NCBI RefSeq assembly: GCF_006345805.1
Contig: NC_043020.1
Span: 21,824,001-21,888,000 of the forward strand
Direction: 5' to 3'
From: Octopus sinensis
Taxonomy: Eukaryota
Length of the DNA stretch: 64,000 nucleotides
Shown here: in pieces, positions 47,910 through 61,249 of the stretch
How positions within the stretch are numbered: position 1 is the stretch's first letter
Layout of the letters: each line of letters begins with the position of its first letter
Program-made: the position numbers and the translations under genes
The notes under the pieces: generated by a model
Seen by the model: the letters and a program-made list of their open reading frames with translations, nothing else
What the model was told of the DNA's origin: nothing
Database searches by the model: none

Positions 47910-50900
47910 TATTTGTTAGGTGGCATGATTTCTTGTTTGTATTTGTCAGCTTCCTTAAATTCTGAGAACAATTTTTTGTTTTGCCGCTATTTGTATCACT
48001 TTTCCTTGCTTCTGAAGTAGGTATTTTTGCAGTCCTATGATGGTTATTTTATAATAGTTTTCTAGCTTTATAAGGCCTCTACCACCTTCTATACGTTGTA
48101 TATATAGCCTTTCTATGTCAGATTTTGGGTGATGCATCCTAGATCCTGTCATTATTTTTCTTGTTTTCCTATCTATTTTGGTTAGTTCATTTAGCGTCCA
48201 GTTAAGGATATTGTAGCTGTAGCTTATAACTGGGACGGCTAAAGTGTTAATACCTATTATCTTGTTTTTAGCATTGAGCTCTGTTTTTAGTATTGATCTA
48301 ACTCGTCTACAGTATTCTTTCTTTATTTTCTCTTTCATTTGTGTGTGTTGTGTTTTATCTAGCTCATGGATTCCTAATTATTTGTAAGTTTGGCTTTGGT
48401 CTAACTATCTTATTTCATTGGCTTTATCTAGTGTGATGTTGCTACTCTTAACTAGTTTTCCTCTTTTCAGGGTTACTTCGGCGCATTTTTCTAATCCAAA
48501 TTTCATATCTATTTCTTTGGTGAATCCATGAACTGTCTTTAATAGTGTTTCCAGCTGTTTGTCATTTGTAGCGTATAGTTTTAGGTCATCCATATATAAA
48601 AGGTGGCTGATCGTTTTGCCGTAACATTTATATCCGCATCCAGTTCTATTTAGCATATCAGACAGAGGTGACAGTGCCAAGCAGAAAAGGAGTGGAGAGA
48701 GCGTGTCTCCCTGAAATATTCCTCTTTTAATGGGGATGGCTTTGGTTTTCACGAGTCCCTCTTTTGTTCGGACCTGCAGCACTGTCTGCCATTTATTCAT
48801 AGAGTGTCTTATGTATTTTATAAGTGTTGGTGCTACTTTGTTAATGGCTAGTGTTTCGTGGATCCATGTGTGGGGTATGCTATCAAACGCCTTTCTGTAG
48901 TCGATCCAGGCCATACTGAGGCCTTTCTTCTTTCTGTGGCTGTCTTCAGTTATGGATTTATTGATCATTAGTTGATCTTTACAGCCATATGAGCCTTTGC
49001 GGCATCCTTTCTGCTCTTCTGGAAACAGGTTGTGTTCGTCCAGGTGCTTGTTTAATCATTGTGATATTACTGCAGTGAATGCTTTGTACAATGTAGGGAG
49101 ACAGGTTATAGGTCTGTAGTTTTCTGGTTTTGCTGTTTCATTGGATTTGGGAATTAAGATGGTTTTCCCCTTCGTGAGTCATTCAGGCATTGTCTCTGGC
49201 TCTGCCAGTATGTTGTTAAAGTTTTCAGCCAGCTTTTTGTGCATTCCTGTCAGATATTTCAGCCAGAAGTTGGAGATCTTGTCATGCCCAGGTGCCTTCC
49301 AGTTGCTTAGTCTTTGCAGTGCCTGGGTTACCTCTTCATTTGTTATGGGAGTCCAAAGTTGCTTAGATGCTGAGTTTGTTGTTTTAATACTCCTTTTTTT
49401 TTGTTGTTCTTTCGCCGACCATAATTCTTTCCATAATTCTTCCACTTCTTCTGTCGTTGGTGCTGCAGTGATGTCTATTTTATTTTTGTCAAGTTCTTGG
49501 TAGAACTTTTGGGGGTTGGAGTTGAACTATTTGTTTTGTTCAAAGAAACGTTGGCGTTTCTCATACCGGCGGATCCTTTGTGCTTTGGCAAGGATATCTT
49601 GTTTTAGCTTTTCTTTTATCTCGGGTAAATCTTTTTCTGTGATGTTGTATTTGCCCAGTATTTTTGTTTTCTTTTTGTTGCTTAGTAGCGTTGTCTACTG
49701 ATTTCATTAAGAATCGACAGATCTTTTCTCATTTTTGGGGGGATGGGGGTGTTATTTATCCACAGTGTTTGTTTGGGTGGTGGTACTCCTGTTTGGATGG
49801 GTTTGAGGGAGTATCCAGCTTCTTCTGTGGCTGCAGCATATACTAAGTCATTTAGCTCAGTGATATCGCTATTTGTTTCAGTGGCTATTAGTTCTGTGAC
49901 GGCTAGGTTTATGCTGCTTATAATTGATGTTGTTTTTTTGTCTATTTTGATTTTTGGGAGGTATGGTCGGTGGTCCATTTTGAGATCTGTGTTTTTTAGT
50001 TCTTTGATTATTCTACTTTTTATAGTATCATAATCATTAGGCTTCCCTTCGTTGTTTCCAGGTTTTAGATTTGTGTCGCTTTCTTTCTCATTCGTATGTT
50101 TGTCTGTCGTGTTTTGGCTTGCCGCTTGTCATGCATTATTATGCATCCTTACGGTCTGGGTTTGTTGTTTTTTGTTTACATCGTTTTTGTTGGAAATGTT
50201 ACGTTTGTCTTCGTATTTTACTATCTCAGTGTTGTGGCTTCTATCTACATTTTCATGATGTATTTTTTCTTTTAAATGTTCTATTTCTATTTCTGATATT
50301 TTTTTTGCTTTGAGAATATATCTTCGTACGTTAGCTAGTTTATTAGGGTTCATTGCTGTATCCAAGTATTTGTTTATGTTACTTTTCTTCCATATTTTAT
50401 ATGTATATGTTGTTGTGTTTTCGTTCTTTGGGTAGAGCACTGCTGTAAAGTAAGCGTGTAGGCTTGAAATGTATTCCTCACGTGTCCATTTATGCCTTTT
50501 TGGTTTTATTTGCGGGACATGAGGAACAACGTCCGGCCCATTATTTTGACGGTCGTCATTTTCGTAGGTCCGTTCATTTCTGTTGTCACATTGTTTTGCA
50601 CGTGTAGTTTTTCGTACTTTTTGTGAAACAAATTTAAAGTACGTACTTCCCGATTGTTATTCTTGGGTTGAATAATACCGGTATTCTTTAATTTATTTGT
50701 AGTTTTTTTGTACGTGGTGTTTGGGGCCGGAGATGATCTGCTGTTGATGGATCGTAATGTATCAAACGTACTGTTTACATGGTTGGAGATGATATTGAGT
50801 TAAAATACATTATTTCGTTTGGAAAATAGCAATAAATTTCAATGAGTATTACTTACTCGGATATAGTCCAATCCTTTGTCAGTCATTTTCTGGCTCCATG

Positions 50901-50976
50901 CGATGTCTTTGTTTCCGATGTGGATAGATTTCGGAGCACTGTTTTATTGCTCTCACATGTTAAACGTCCCCCGGTG
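47910..50976 (-). mobile_element. R4/Dong-like LINE retaining the 5' end and N-terminal domain, 3'-truncated before the RLE
   Basis: KWTREEYISSLHAYF...KLANVRRYIL; NWKAPGHDKISNFWLK; YRPITCLPTLYK; PEEQKGCRKGSYGCKDQL; GIFQGDTLSPLLF; LYMDDLKL; HHPKSDIERLY. 5' end abuts (TTA)n. Confidence 0.93.
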
Positions 50977-51135
50977 TTATTATTATTATTATTATTATTA
51001 TTCAGGTCACTGCCTGGAATCGAACTTGGAATCTTGGGGTTAGTAGCTGCACTATTAACCACTACGCCATATGCACATCAATTGTAAATAATGTAAAAAA
51101 TGTACATAATTCCTCATCTCTTAACTATAGAACTG
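50977..51135 (-). mobile_element. Second copy (5' half) of the composite repeat: 53-bp terminal segment, tRNA-like head, (AAT)n
   Basis: 51004-51076 is the reverse complement of 22278-22350; 51083-51135 matches 24993-25045; followed by TA. Confidence 0.8.
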
Positions 51136-51329
51136 TACATCCCTTTCTATACTACCAGTTATGTCTTTCTCCTTTGACATCCAGCCCTCTTCTATATCAT
51201 CCATACTTGCTCATGTTTTGCTTTGATCGCTCTTTGTGTGTTACTAGTTATCTCTCCCTCATCTTGAACCATTTTCTATTGACATCCATACTTCATTCTT
51301 AACTCCATCTCTTATCTGTCATTGACCAC

Positions 51330-51900
51330 CAACCAGACTTTTGTTTGTCACTCTCTTCATTTACCCTCTATGTATCTCAACCATCTCCACCCCATCACAA
51401 TGTCTCTCACTCTCACCACTACTCTCTGCATCATTCCTATATCACCTCCCTATCTTTCATCTATCTCATTGCTATATTATTATTATCATTCTGTTGCTCT
51501 TCATCCTTTCTGTACTGAGAGTCATTTCCTCAGCTCCCTTGAGCCACTTCTGTTGACATCCACTACTTGTTTTTATCACCTTCCTCCAGGCTCATATTTA
51601 CCAATGAGCATCTCTCCAACCCTGTCCCCAGTAACAACATTCCCCCCTGCCTCTATCTTTGGTTGTCTTTCACCATTATCCATACACCCTTCCTGGTCTG
51701 TCCTCACTCTCTCTATCCACCTTCTCATACCTTAGGAATATGCTCAAATATCTTGACAGGATCATATTTATCCCCTTTTCCAGCTCCCTCAATTCTTCCT
51801 ACCTACCCTTGTACAATAAGGGGTATCTATAGTCTCACCTCTACAGCAAGAAATGTTCTTGTACCTTTCTATCATACTTTAATTTCCTATTCAGCCAAAG
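51330..51900 (+). mobile_element. Highly degenerate PLE (RT C-terminus/linker) remnant
   Basis: CT-rich; IRGIYSLTSTARNV resembles the PLE linker before GIY-YIG. Confidence 0.35.
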
Positions 51901-51974
51901 AGACTCTTTAGTCTTGCAAGTTAATTTCACTAGTGTTGATGCCATGAAAAAAATTACCCAGCCCACTCTGTAAA

Positions 51975-52125
51975 ATGGATGACATTAGGAAGGGCATCCA
52001 GTTATAGAAACCATACCAAAGCAGAATTGGAGCACAACAAAATCCTCTAGTTCTTTTGATACTGTCAAACCATCCAACCCATGCTAGCATGGAAGAAGGA
52101 TTAAATGATGATGATGATGATGACA
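51975..52125 (+). mobile_element. RTE-type 3' tail (short LINE or SINE end) with (GAT)n
   Basis: ttaggaagggcatccag...ccaacccatgctagcatggaa...ttaaatgatgat matches 9937-10062. Confidence 0.75.
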
Positions 52126-52170
52126 CACACACACAACCACATGTACTCACACACATGCACTAATACACAT

Positions 52171-52207
<37 letters not shown>

Positions 52208-53269
52208 CACTCTTTCACACATGTGTATACACATATGCACAAAGGTAGAGAGCAAGACAGAATAACAGATAAAAAAAATTAGAGAATAGGATAGGGAGCG
52301 CAAGGGAGGTAGGGTTAAGAGAGAACAAGTTGTGTAACACACTCTATTGTCATTGCCAAAATATACACGTTAAGTCATTTTACGTGAAGAAATAAGTTTC
52401 CTTTCCTTTTTTCTGTGGACAATGTGTGAATAAATAAATACATAAATAAAAACTGTTACTGCTTCTGCTACAGCTGCTATTGCTACAGTTACTGATGATG
52501 ATGAGGAGGAGGAGCAGGAGCAGGAGCAGGAGGACGCCAACATCAACACTGAGAAAGAAGATAATTGTGGTGGTGGTGGTGGTGTGGTGGTGATGATGAT
52601 AATGACAACAAAGGAGGTAGAGATGGAGGTGGAAGGTGATAGTAGTGCAGTTGGTGGTTAAGATGGTGCTTGTGTGGTGGTGGTGTAACGATGGTGATAT
52701 GACAAGCAGCAGCAGTCTGTTATAAAACAAACTCAAAGACACCAGTACTGTACCTTCAATGATCACAAGTATACAAGTCTCTTTTCTCATGAAGTAAAAC
52801 CTTGAATTAACTTCCCTAATGCTGGAGTATGTAGTCACATGTCTGAAGTGGTGCAGTTGAGATAGTGTAGAGGTGGTGTGGGAGGGTGCATGACAGGTAG
52901 AAACAGATCAACATTCATTGAAATTATATAAAAGAAAATAAAATATACATAACATGAAAATAGTGAATAAGCAAGTCTTTCTCAGCCATTCATTCATTGA
53001 TTCATTCATTGTGTGCGTTTGTGTGTGGGCGGGGTGTGAATGTGTCCATGTGTGTATTAATTAGTATATTATGTATATGTATGTATGTAATATGTGTGTG
53101 GGAATGTATTACGTATGCATGTATGCTTCTATGCATGGGTATGTATATGTGTGTATATACATATATTTGTATGTGTGTAAGTATGAATGTATGCACATGT
53201 GTCTCTGTGTGTATACATTGATATATGTGTGTGATTTAAAAAAAATAACAACTCATAGCTAGTATGATT

Positions 53270-53750
53270 GTCAGGGTGGATACAATGGGGTGGTGTATGG
53301 TATATATCAAGTTTGCAAGGCCTGGATAGATAAGATCTTTTCACCTTAGAGCTACTTAAGTATCTACATGTCCTTTGAGCAAGATATCTCACCAACCCCA
53401 CCAGCCACCTTCCCACACCCAACAGCTATTTGTTTATGAGTTTTCTCAATAGAAAATTACTATCTCCTTTACCTCTACCACTACCATCACCACCAACACA
53501 ACCTCTACCACTGCCACCCAACTGCTAATTCAGTAAACACCCACCTCCCTACTTCCCTCATGAGTAAACTCTCTCCCTACAGCCACCTTCTCTTGGCTTC
53601 TCCCAATCACCTCTACCTCTTTACCTCTGAACCCCACCTGCCTATTGTTCTGAAGATATTCTGTGTCCTGTTCTACATAGTAGGCACTGAAGTTTAACTC
53701 TGTTATACCTGCCTACACACCCATATCCTCATTCTTGCCCTCATCTCCCT
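53270..53750 (+). mobile_element. Highly degenerate PLE RT remnant
   Basis: LPYSHLL and ..KIFC resemble IPYSQ.LRLRRICS. Confidence 0.3.
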
Positions 53751-54154
53751 GCTCTAGTCAGGTTTTTCACAACATTAAATGAAAAGTTTAGAGCAGTTTA
53801 GAGACAGCATTTTTTTTCTCTTGGATTAAACCAACAATCAGGGACACGTGAGATTTTGCTCTTCTGGAGATGGTGAAATAAACCTATAACTGGAAGTTAA
53901 CAAAAGTCTGAAGACTTTTTATATAGATATCCACAACAGTTTTCATAAGGTTGATTTTATGTCTGCTATCACAAAATTTATTATCACTTGGTAGGATCCA
54001 GGTGGATTAGGCAATTCAGAGGTAAGTGTATTTGCACCCTATAGAACAACAGGATATGGCCAGCCTGTTTGTTTGCTGATGTTCTCTAAAGATTCCTATT
54101 CTGATAAATGCAATCAGCTGAATCCATTGTTTTATACATAATAATAATAATAAC

Positions 54155-54183
<29 letters not shown>

Positions 54184-54185
<2 letters not shown>

Positions 54186-54761
54186 GCCCTGATGCAGTAC
54201 CAGGCATGCCCTGATGCAGTACCAGGCAGTGGCTCTCATGGCTTCTGATCTTAACTGATTGGAAGTGTTATCATGTACATTGTTTTGTCTTGGTATAAAA
54301 GATGGGCTACAGCAAATATTCTGCTCAATACCACAGATTTGCTTGTCAGTTGTTTGACCTTAACCAGTTGAGCATGTCTCTTAGTGGCTGACGATATGTG
54401 CATCTCTGACCACGAGCAGAAGTAGTGGGGGAGCATCATAGCCATGTGTTGAGAGGGATTCTTTGGGGTTTGAATAGTTCACCTCTGGAAACATGGGTGG
54501 TTCTTTCAACATCCTTAAACAACCCTTATTCAGGGACCGTTTGAGCGGGATGGGCTACTCAACCTGAAGAAAATTCTAACTGGGCCCCACCTGCAAGGTC
54601 ATGTGCTGTTTATCTTGATATGAGATCACCATGTCGCGCACATATGGTTGTGATGCATGTGCCTGGTGTACCTTTATCAGACGGGTAGTCATGATGGGTA
54701 TATTGGGCTTCGTATATTTTACCCCAGTGTCACTTTGATGGCATGAACTGCTCTCTCACTC
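54184..54761 (+). mobile_element. ~580-bp non-coding repeat (copy 3 of 3) with 22-bp 5' tandem duplication, embedded in (AAT)n
   Basis: atgccctgatgcagtaccaggc x2 at 54184-54227; (AAT)n on both sides. Confidence 0.92.
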
Positions 54762-54810
<49 letters not shown>

Positions 54811-54855
54811 TAATAATAATAATAGTAATCACCATCATCATTTCTGGCAAGCTGC

Positions 54856-54894
<39 letters not shown>

Positions 54895-56279
54895 CAAACT
54901 TTCACTTCACTAAAATATGTTTGTGACATATTTCAATTGCTAAAGGCAAATTCCATGCAGTTACAGTGGAGAAAAATTCTCTCTTATGGAAAAAAAGTGT
55001 AAAATTACCATATTTGTTTAGTGCTGCCACCTATCATATATACATATACATAGATATATATATATGTAAATATCTATATATATTTATATATATATGAATA
55101 TAAGGAAAATAGGACAAGGTAGAAAATGCTAAAATAATTTTATCACGAAGAACATTCTAGTGCTGACTTCAGTCTTCACAACTTTTTCAAGTAAAGCATG
55201 GAAAACAATTAAATTATGAAAAAATTAAACGAAATGTTTTTTTAGAATATTTTCATAGTTTTCAAATATGTGGGACATTTTCTTTTTTTCTGTCTCTCTC
55301 TCTCTTTTACTTTTGTGAAGGCTTGGTAGGTAGTAGCAGATATTAATATTATATATATGCATGTGTTTATATATGTGTGTATATATATATTACATGCTAC
55401 ACCCTTACTATTTTAAATTTATATATATATCATCATGATTGTTTAACGTCCGCTTTCCATGCTAGCATATATATATGCAACCCAACCAATTGCAGCCGTC
55501 TGATAAGGTGACATGAGGCAGTCTCTTCTAAATCTCTGTCTGCACCAATAGCTTGCTATAAAACTTCAGCGATTCATTGATTTGAAGTCTTTTGCTTCTA
55601 GACCTTCTAAGGTCTAACCACTGACCACAGAGCACACAGCCAGTTCCAGTGACAAGCACACCAGCTTACATGGAGACTCAACTTCGTCCAGCAGCATCAG
55701 GATATCCGTCTCTGTCACCTCCGCCTTAATGTCAACAACATCTCTATGTACACAGCAACAATTGCTCAGGTTCAACTCCACACTGTGAATTACTTCACCA
55801 TGGTTAACTGCAAATACAACCTGCAAGAATCTTCCTGCAGCATAGTAGCCACAACTTCTTACACGACATGTGCTTCAACCGGCTCTGCTTCTTCACCACA
55901 ACTTCTTGTTACAGCACTTCAACTATTGTGTACCTTACTACAAACTGGTATTTATCATCATTGTGTGTGAACTTTCTTCTAGAGTCCTATTATAAACTCT
56001 TTCAATGCTCTGTATTTTATCTCACATGCATGCACCCTTATTTGTACACACATACACATTATGTATACATGACAGCCTGTCTGTTGTTATTATTATTATG
56101 CATATATGATGCGCACACAGACACACACATGTTAATACCTAAATAAAATCTTCTCTTTAACCTTCTACCGGTTGTGTCGTTTTTCTTTTCCTGCTGGCAC
56201 TCATACTCATTTATCCTTTTTGCTTTTATTGTAAGCGACTGTGCAGTGTATTAAAGGAATCATTCATTTGTCACCTCTC

Positions 56280-57100
56280 CTGTGCACAGTCGTTCTTATA
56301 AGGGCTTTGTTAAGTTGGATAGGAGATATGCTGGAATAATACTGATCTCTAGCTACTTGACTGAATTTGTATTTACCTTTGGGGCTTAAGGACTTAAACC
56401 ATTGGATGGCTTCAGTGGTGTTAATCCAGAGGTTTAGTGTAGTCTTAGAACAAAGGTGGGGTAGAATTCTATTTAATATAACTTTACTAATCCTACCTGT
56501 ATCAGAGCTTGAGGGGCAGATGAAGTGAACAAAAGGGTTTGTGGAAAAAGTTTTTTTATGGTCCTTTAAGTTGATATGCGGTGGTTGAGGTATGGAAGCT
56601 TCAGTTCTATCTTCTAAGCAGAGTTTAAAGACAAGATCTTGAGTCTTGAGGTTGATATCTCTCAGGGCACAGTCCAGTACAATATAGTACTGTGCAGCTG
56701 TTTAAGCATCAATTCCCAGAATGTATCCAATGGTACATTTTATAGGTTGCTAGTTTTGTCAGTGTGTGTACAAGGATTGCTGGATATTTTTTAAGTTTCC
56801 TGATTATATGGTTGATCTTAGTTAGGTGGGGTTGAGAGCTCTTTTTCTGGGTTTAAATCTGATATTTTTAATCAGATTAGTTAGGCCCTGTTCAAAATTA
56901 TCCAGATTTCAGTTTTATGGGATCTAAATTCAAAGAGGAAGGCTTGGTGAATCAGGTTTTTGGAATTGGTTGTGGGGTTGTTGAGAGAGAAAGAAGGCTT
57001 TCCACATTTGGTGAATCAGTTCATTGGTACTATGAATCATGAGATTCATATATCTAGTTATATACGTTAGTGGGATATCCTTTAGTGACAGGTTTAGCTT
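56280..57100 (-). mobile_element. Degenerate Penelope-like RT fragment
   Basis: NFEQGLTNLIKNIRFK, LVHTDKTSNL, GRISKVIL, NLWINTTEAIQWFKS. Confidence 0.75.
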
Positions 57101-57229
57101 CATTTTTTTCCATTCCCATGTCTTCCATACTGATAGTGCTCACAGGAGTAAAAAATAATAATATATAATTGTAAGATCCAAGGATCTAAGTGTAGGAAGT
57201 TAGGAAGCTTTGAGCAGTCCTTAGTAAAT

Positions 57230-57370
57230 ATAAAAGAAACCAAAAGAATAAATACCAGACTTAAAAATAAACAAATACTGGGATTGATTTGTTCAACTAA
57301 AAGCTTCTTCAAGGCAGTGTCCCAGCATGGCCACAGCCTAATGACTGAAACAAGTAAAATATAGAAGATA
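57230..57370 (+). mobile_element. SINE 3' tail
   Basis: cttcaaggcagtgtcccagcatggccacagcctaatgactgaaacaagtaaaa; matches 38690-38765. Confidence 0.6.
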
Positions 57371-57419
57371 AAAGATATATACATATACATATATACATAT
57401 ACATATATACATATACAAA

Positions 57420-57495
<76 letters not shown>

Positions 57496-57704
57496 GGCAT
57501 CCTTTTTGTCTCGGAAGACAATGGAGTTGCACATAGAATAATCTAGTCTGGCTTTTACATTTCATGTCCTATATATATATATGCTAGCATGGAAAGCGGA
57601 CGTTAAACGATGATGATGATATATATATAAATTTAAAATAGTAAGGGTGTAGCATGTAATATATATATACACACATATATAAACACATGCATATATATAA
57701 ATGT

Positions 57705-57766
<62 letters not shown>

Positions 57767-59432
57767 GAGGTAGAGAGACATGGGAAGATAGAGGTATAGC
57801 TTTATAGATAGACAAACAGATAAGTAGGTAGACTTCATCACAAAACCAACTGTTTAGTTCACACCCATACCCTTAACTACATATGCTTTTCACTTTCTTT
57901 TCCATCATTAATAATGACAATATAGAGATTGAAAAAAAGCATTCAAATGTTCTACAGGTTTTGTTTTGAATGGCATTAACGTTAATTTTTTATTTTCGTT
58001 TGTTTGTTTTGTGAAGTATAACCCTCTCTTAAACATGATTCACATATTCTTAAAGGGATTTTAAACTTCAACTCACAAGCACCAAGTACCCTCACAGCCA
58101 TAATTTGTGTTCCAAATGTCTCAACTAATATATTTTAAGAGCAGCACTCATAACTCTTCTTTGCAGTTTATTAGTAGGCACTAGCAAACATAACCAAAAT
58201 ACTAATCCTCAAGGACTCAACTCCTCATTCAAGACTCAACTTAAAATTTTGCAAGTATGTCACACACCATCAGCACATATATATTTATACACTTAAAATA
58301 TATAAAATATATTACACACATAACAACCATTAGCAATACAAAGAAATCCAATTTAAGATTTTGTAGCAAGGATGCTTTATGTCATCATGACCCTGTAGAC
58401 ACAAACTTTAAATTTGATGACAGAAGCAACAAGTTCAATCCTGCATTGAAGGTAAAACATTGCTAGCTTTCTGTGGTCATTCTCTGTTTAAAAACTTCAG
58501 TACTTATTACTTACCACCGAATAATTACTTCAAACTTCCTGAGTCTTTCTTAATTTCTAAATTTATTACTATTATTATAATTTTTCTTTGTATTTATTTT
58601 TAACTTCCATCTTAATTTTCATTTCATTTTATTTTATTCTTTACATTTTCACTTTGCTTTCTACCTGTTTTTAACCTATAATCATTTATCTTTTTATGTA
58701 TCTTGTCAGATATCTTTTGTACATTTCCAAATATATTTGATGGATTTTGATATATTTTTGATATTCTTACAAGATCTTTTTAATATCACCGGTTTATTCT
58801 GTCAGTATTTTTTTACTACTTCTAATACTCTTTTACGATTATTTTTTTTTAAATGATTCTTGTAAAACTCTATTTTTTAAAAATGATTCTTACATAACTC
58901 TACTCCTATAGAACCTTATATCTCTATATTAATTATTTACTTTATTGTTAATTTGCTACTCCCTTTTATCACTTATATTTATTTCTTTTCTTTTTAAATC
59001 ATTTCCTTTATTGATCATCCCTCATTTCAACTTGTTGTTACTTAATACCAGGTCTATTGGATTTGTCATAGACAGATCTAAAAAGCCTTTTTTAAAAACT
59101 TTTAAATATATGGAACTCAATCTATTGAGAATAGTATATTAAATATAACTGTTACGTACTCAAAAACAAGATATACAGTTGTAAGGTGTATTGTATGTGT
59201 GTATACATGGATGGACATGCGTGAATGTATGCGGATACTATACATGGAGATATATATATGTGTGTGTGTATGTGTGTACGTGTGCTTAAGGATATGGGGA
59301 TATGGTAGTGTATGGATATGTTTACTAGGGTGTAACTGTAGATATGTGTGGAGATGTATGTGTAGATTCATGTATTTAAAGCTGTGCATAATGAGGTGTA
59401 CTTGTATATACTCAAGCATGTTAGCGTATATA

Positions 59433-60715
59433 CGAGGGACGTTCAATAAGTAATGCCTCTGACCCATTTGCAGTTGTTTGATCTAGCTGAAATTTTGCAT
59501 GTGCAATCAATCATTTATATCTCTATAGAGTAAGTGACAAATTACAGCTCTGAACTAATTGTGGTTTCTGATTTACAGGTGTTTGAACTGAGTCAAGTGT
59601 GAAATGGAGCCTGTTGAGTGTCGAGCAGTGATCCGGTTTTTGTATTTGAAAGGACGCACAGCACGGGAGACTTTTGATGAAATGAAAGTAACTTATGGTG
59701 ATGATGCCCCATCATATGACCTTGTAAAACGCTAGGATCGTGAATTCAAACATGGTCGGAACTCTGTGGAAACAGCTCCCAGATCTGGTCGCCCCCTTCT
59801 GCCATTGATGAGGCATCTGTCCGTCAAGTTGAGGCTGCCATTTTGGAAGATCGGCGCATAATTATTCACCAAATAGCCCATGAGGTCAAGATTAGTACCG
59901 GGTCTGTGGAAACTATCATTCATGACCATTTGCATATGCAAAAGGTGTCTGCCAGATGGATTCCCAGGTTGCTCACGCCTTTCCAGAAGCAAGAACGCGT
60001 TGAATGCTCGAGGATGAATTTGAAGATGTGCCAAGAAGCTGAATCAAAATTTTTCAAAAGACTGATTATACAGGATGAAACCTGGGTCCATCACGATGAT
60101 CCAGAGACCAAAGCCCAGTCAATGCAGTGGAAGCACCGTGACTCACCCCCTCCAAAGAAGGTAAGGGTGCAGCCCTCCGCTGGCAAGGTCATGCTCACAG
60201 TCTTCTGGGACCAGGACGGAGTAGTGATGACAGATTTCCTAGCAAAGGGTACCACAATTACAGGAGCCTATTATGCTTCACTTTTGAGGAAATTAAGAGA
60301 AGTTATCAAAATCAAGAGGCGGGGCAAGATCAGCAAAGGCATCCTCCTCCTCTGGTCCACAACTCGCTTGTCGCCAGATCAGAAGCACAGGCATATGGCT
60401 ATGAACTCCTCCCCCATCCCCCCTACTTTCCTGACATTGCACCCTCTGATTTTCACCTCTTCCCAGTCATGAAGTTGTTTTTGAAAGGAAAGCGTTTCCC
60501 AGATGATGCAGCCTTGATTTCTGAAGTCACGTTCAGGTTGGAGGACCAAGCTGGAGTCTTCTACAAAAACGGTCTCCAGAGCTGCATCAAACGATGGTAG
60601 AAATGCGTAACTCTGGGTGGTTGCTATGTAGAAAAAGACTAATAACTGTGCCAAGTTTCGTTGCTCTACTGCTATAGGAAGTGGGTCAAGGGCATTACTT
60701 ATTGAACGCCCCTCG
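59433..60715 (+). mobile_element. Full-length-type mariner transposon (1283 bp) with both TIRs and TA TSDs
   Basis: TA|cgagggacgttcaataagtaatgcc ... ggcattacttattgaacgcccctcg|TA. Confidence 0.95.
59604..60642 (+). pseudogene. Mariner transposase, inactivated (stops, frameshifts, second catalytic Asp region lost)
   Basis: MEPVECRAVIRFL, RSGRP, WIPRLLT, QDETW, SAGKVMLTVFWD, PPYFPDIAPSDFHLFP. Confidence 0.9.
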
Positions 60716-61249
60716 TATCTGTATGAGTGCATGTGTATACACCCATATACATATAATATGACTTTTAAGTAAGTGGATGGACCCATGTAATAGATAAATT
60801 TATAAAGCTAGTAATTTTTAGTGGTGAGTTTGGGTAAACTGACCATTCATCACAATGATATCAAATTACAACCTTAATCTATAATTCAAGGAGAGGTCAA
60901 ACTAAGAAATTATTTATGACCACTACCATCTCATCAAAGCCAACATCCTGTTCTTAGCTCTATAATATCTTATCTCTTTATCTCTTATTCTACTTCATGT
61001 TTTTATTTCTTTTGTTACTTTATTCCAATTTTGCTAAATCTTATTTATGTGTGTATCTAACTTTATTATCCTTATTTTTACTTTTATTACTCTTGTTTTT
61101 ACTTCTATTACTTTTAATTCTTACTTTATTTTTTAACTTTTATTTTTTCTTTCTATCTTATACACGCTAATTAAATATAAACTCAATCCAATCTATTTAA
61201 CATTCACTCTATGCTGAATGGTGGTACAGTATGGGCAGATTTTTGAAAT

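Larger units (their letters stand above)
55349..57700. repeat. 128-bp inverted repeat pair (55349-55476 and 57573-57700) about 2.1 kb apart
   Basis: 126/128 matching positions by manual alignment. Confidence 0.93.

Noticed and set aside
53995-54021. Possible 27-nt host microexon (tag|GATCCA...TCAGAG|gtaagt, DPGGLGNSE)
   Set aside because: Weak polypyrimidine tract, and GTAAGT is expected many times by chance in 64 kb; needs spliced RNA-seq reads
57900-59150. AT-rich region with weak PLE-like peptide echoes
   Set aside because: No convincing motif; left unannotated
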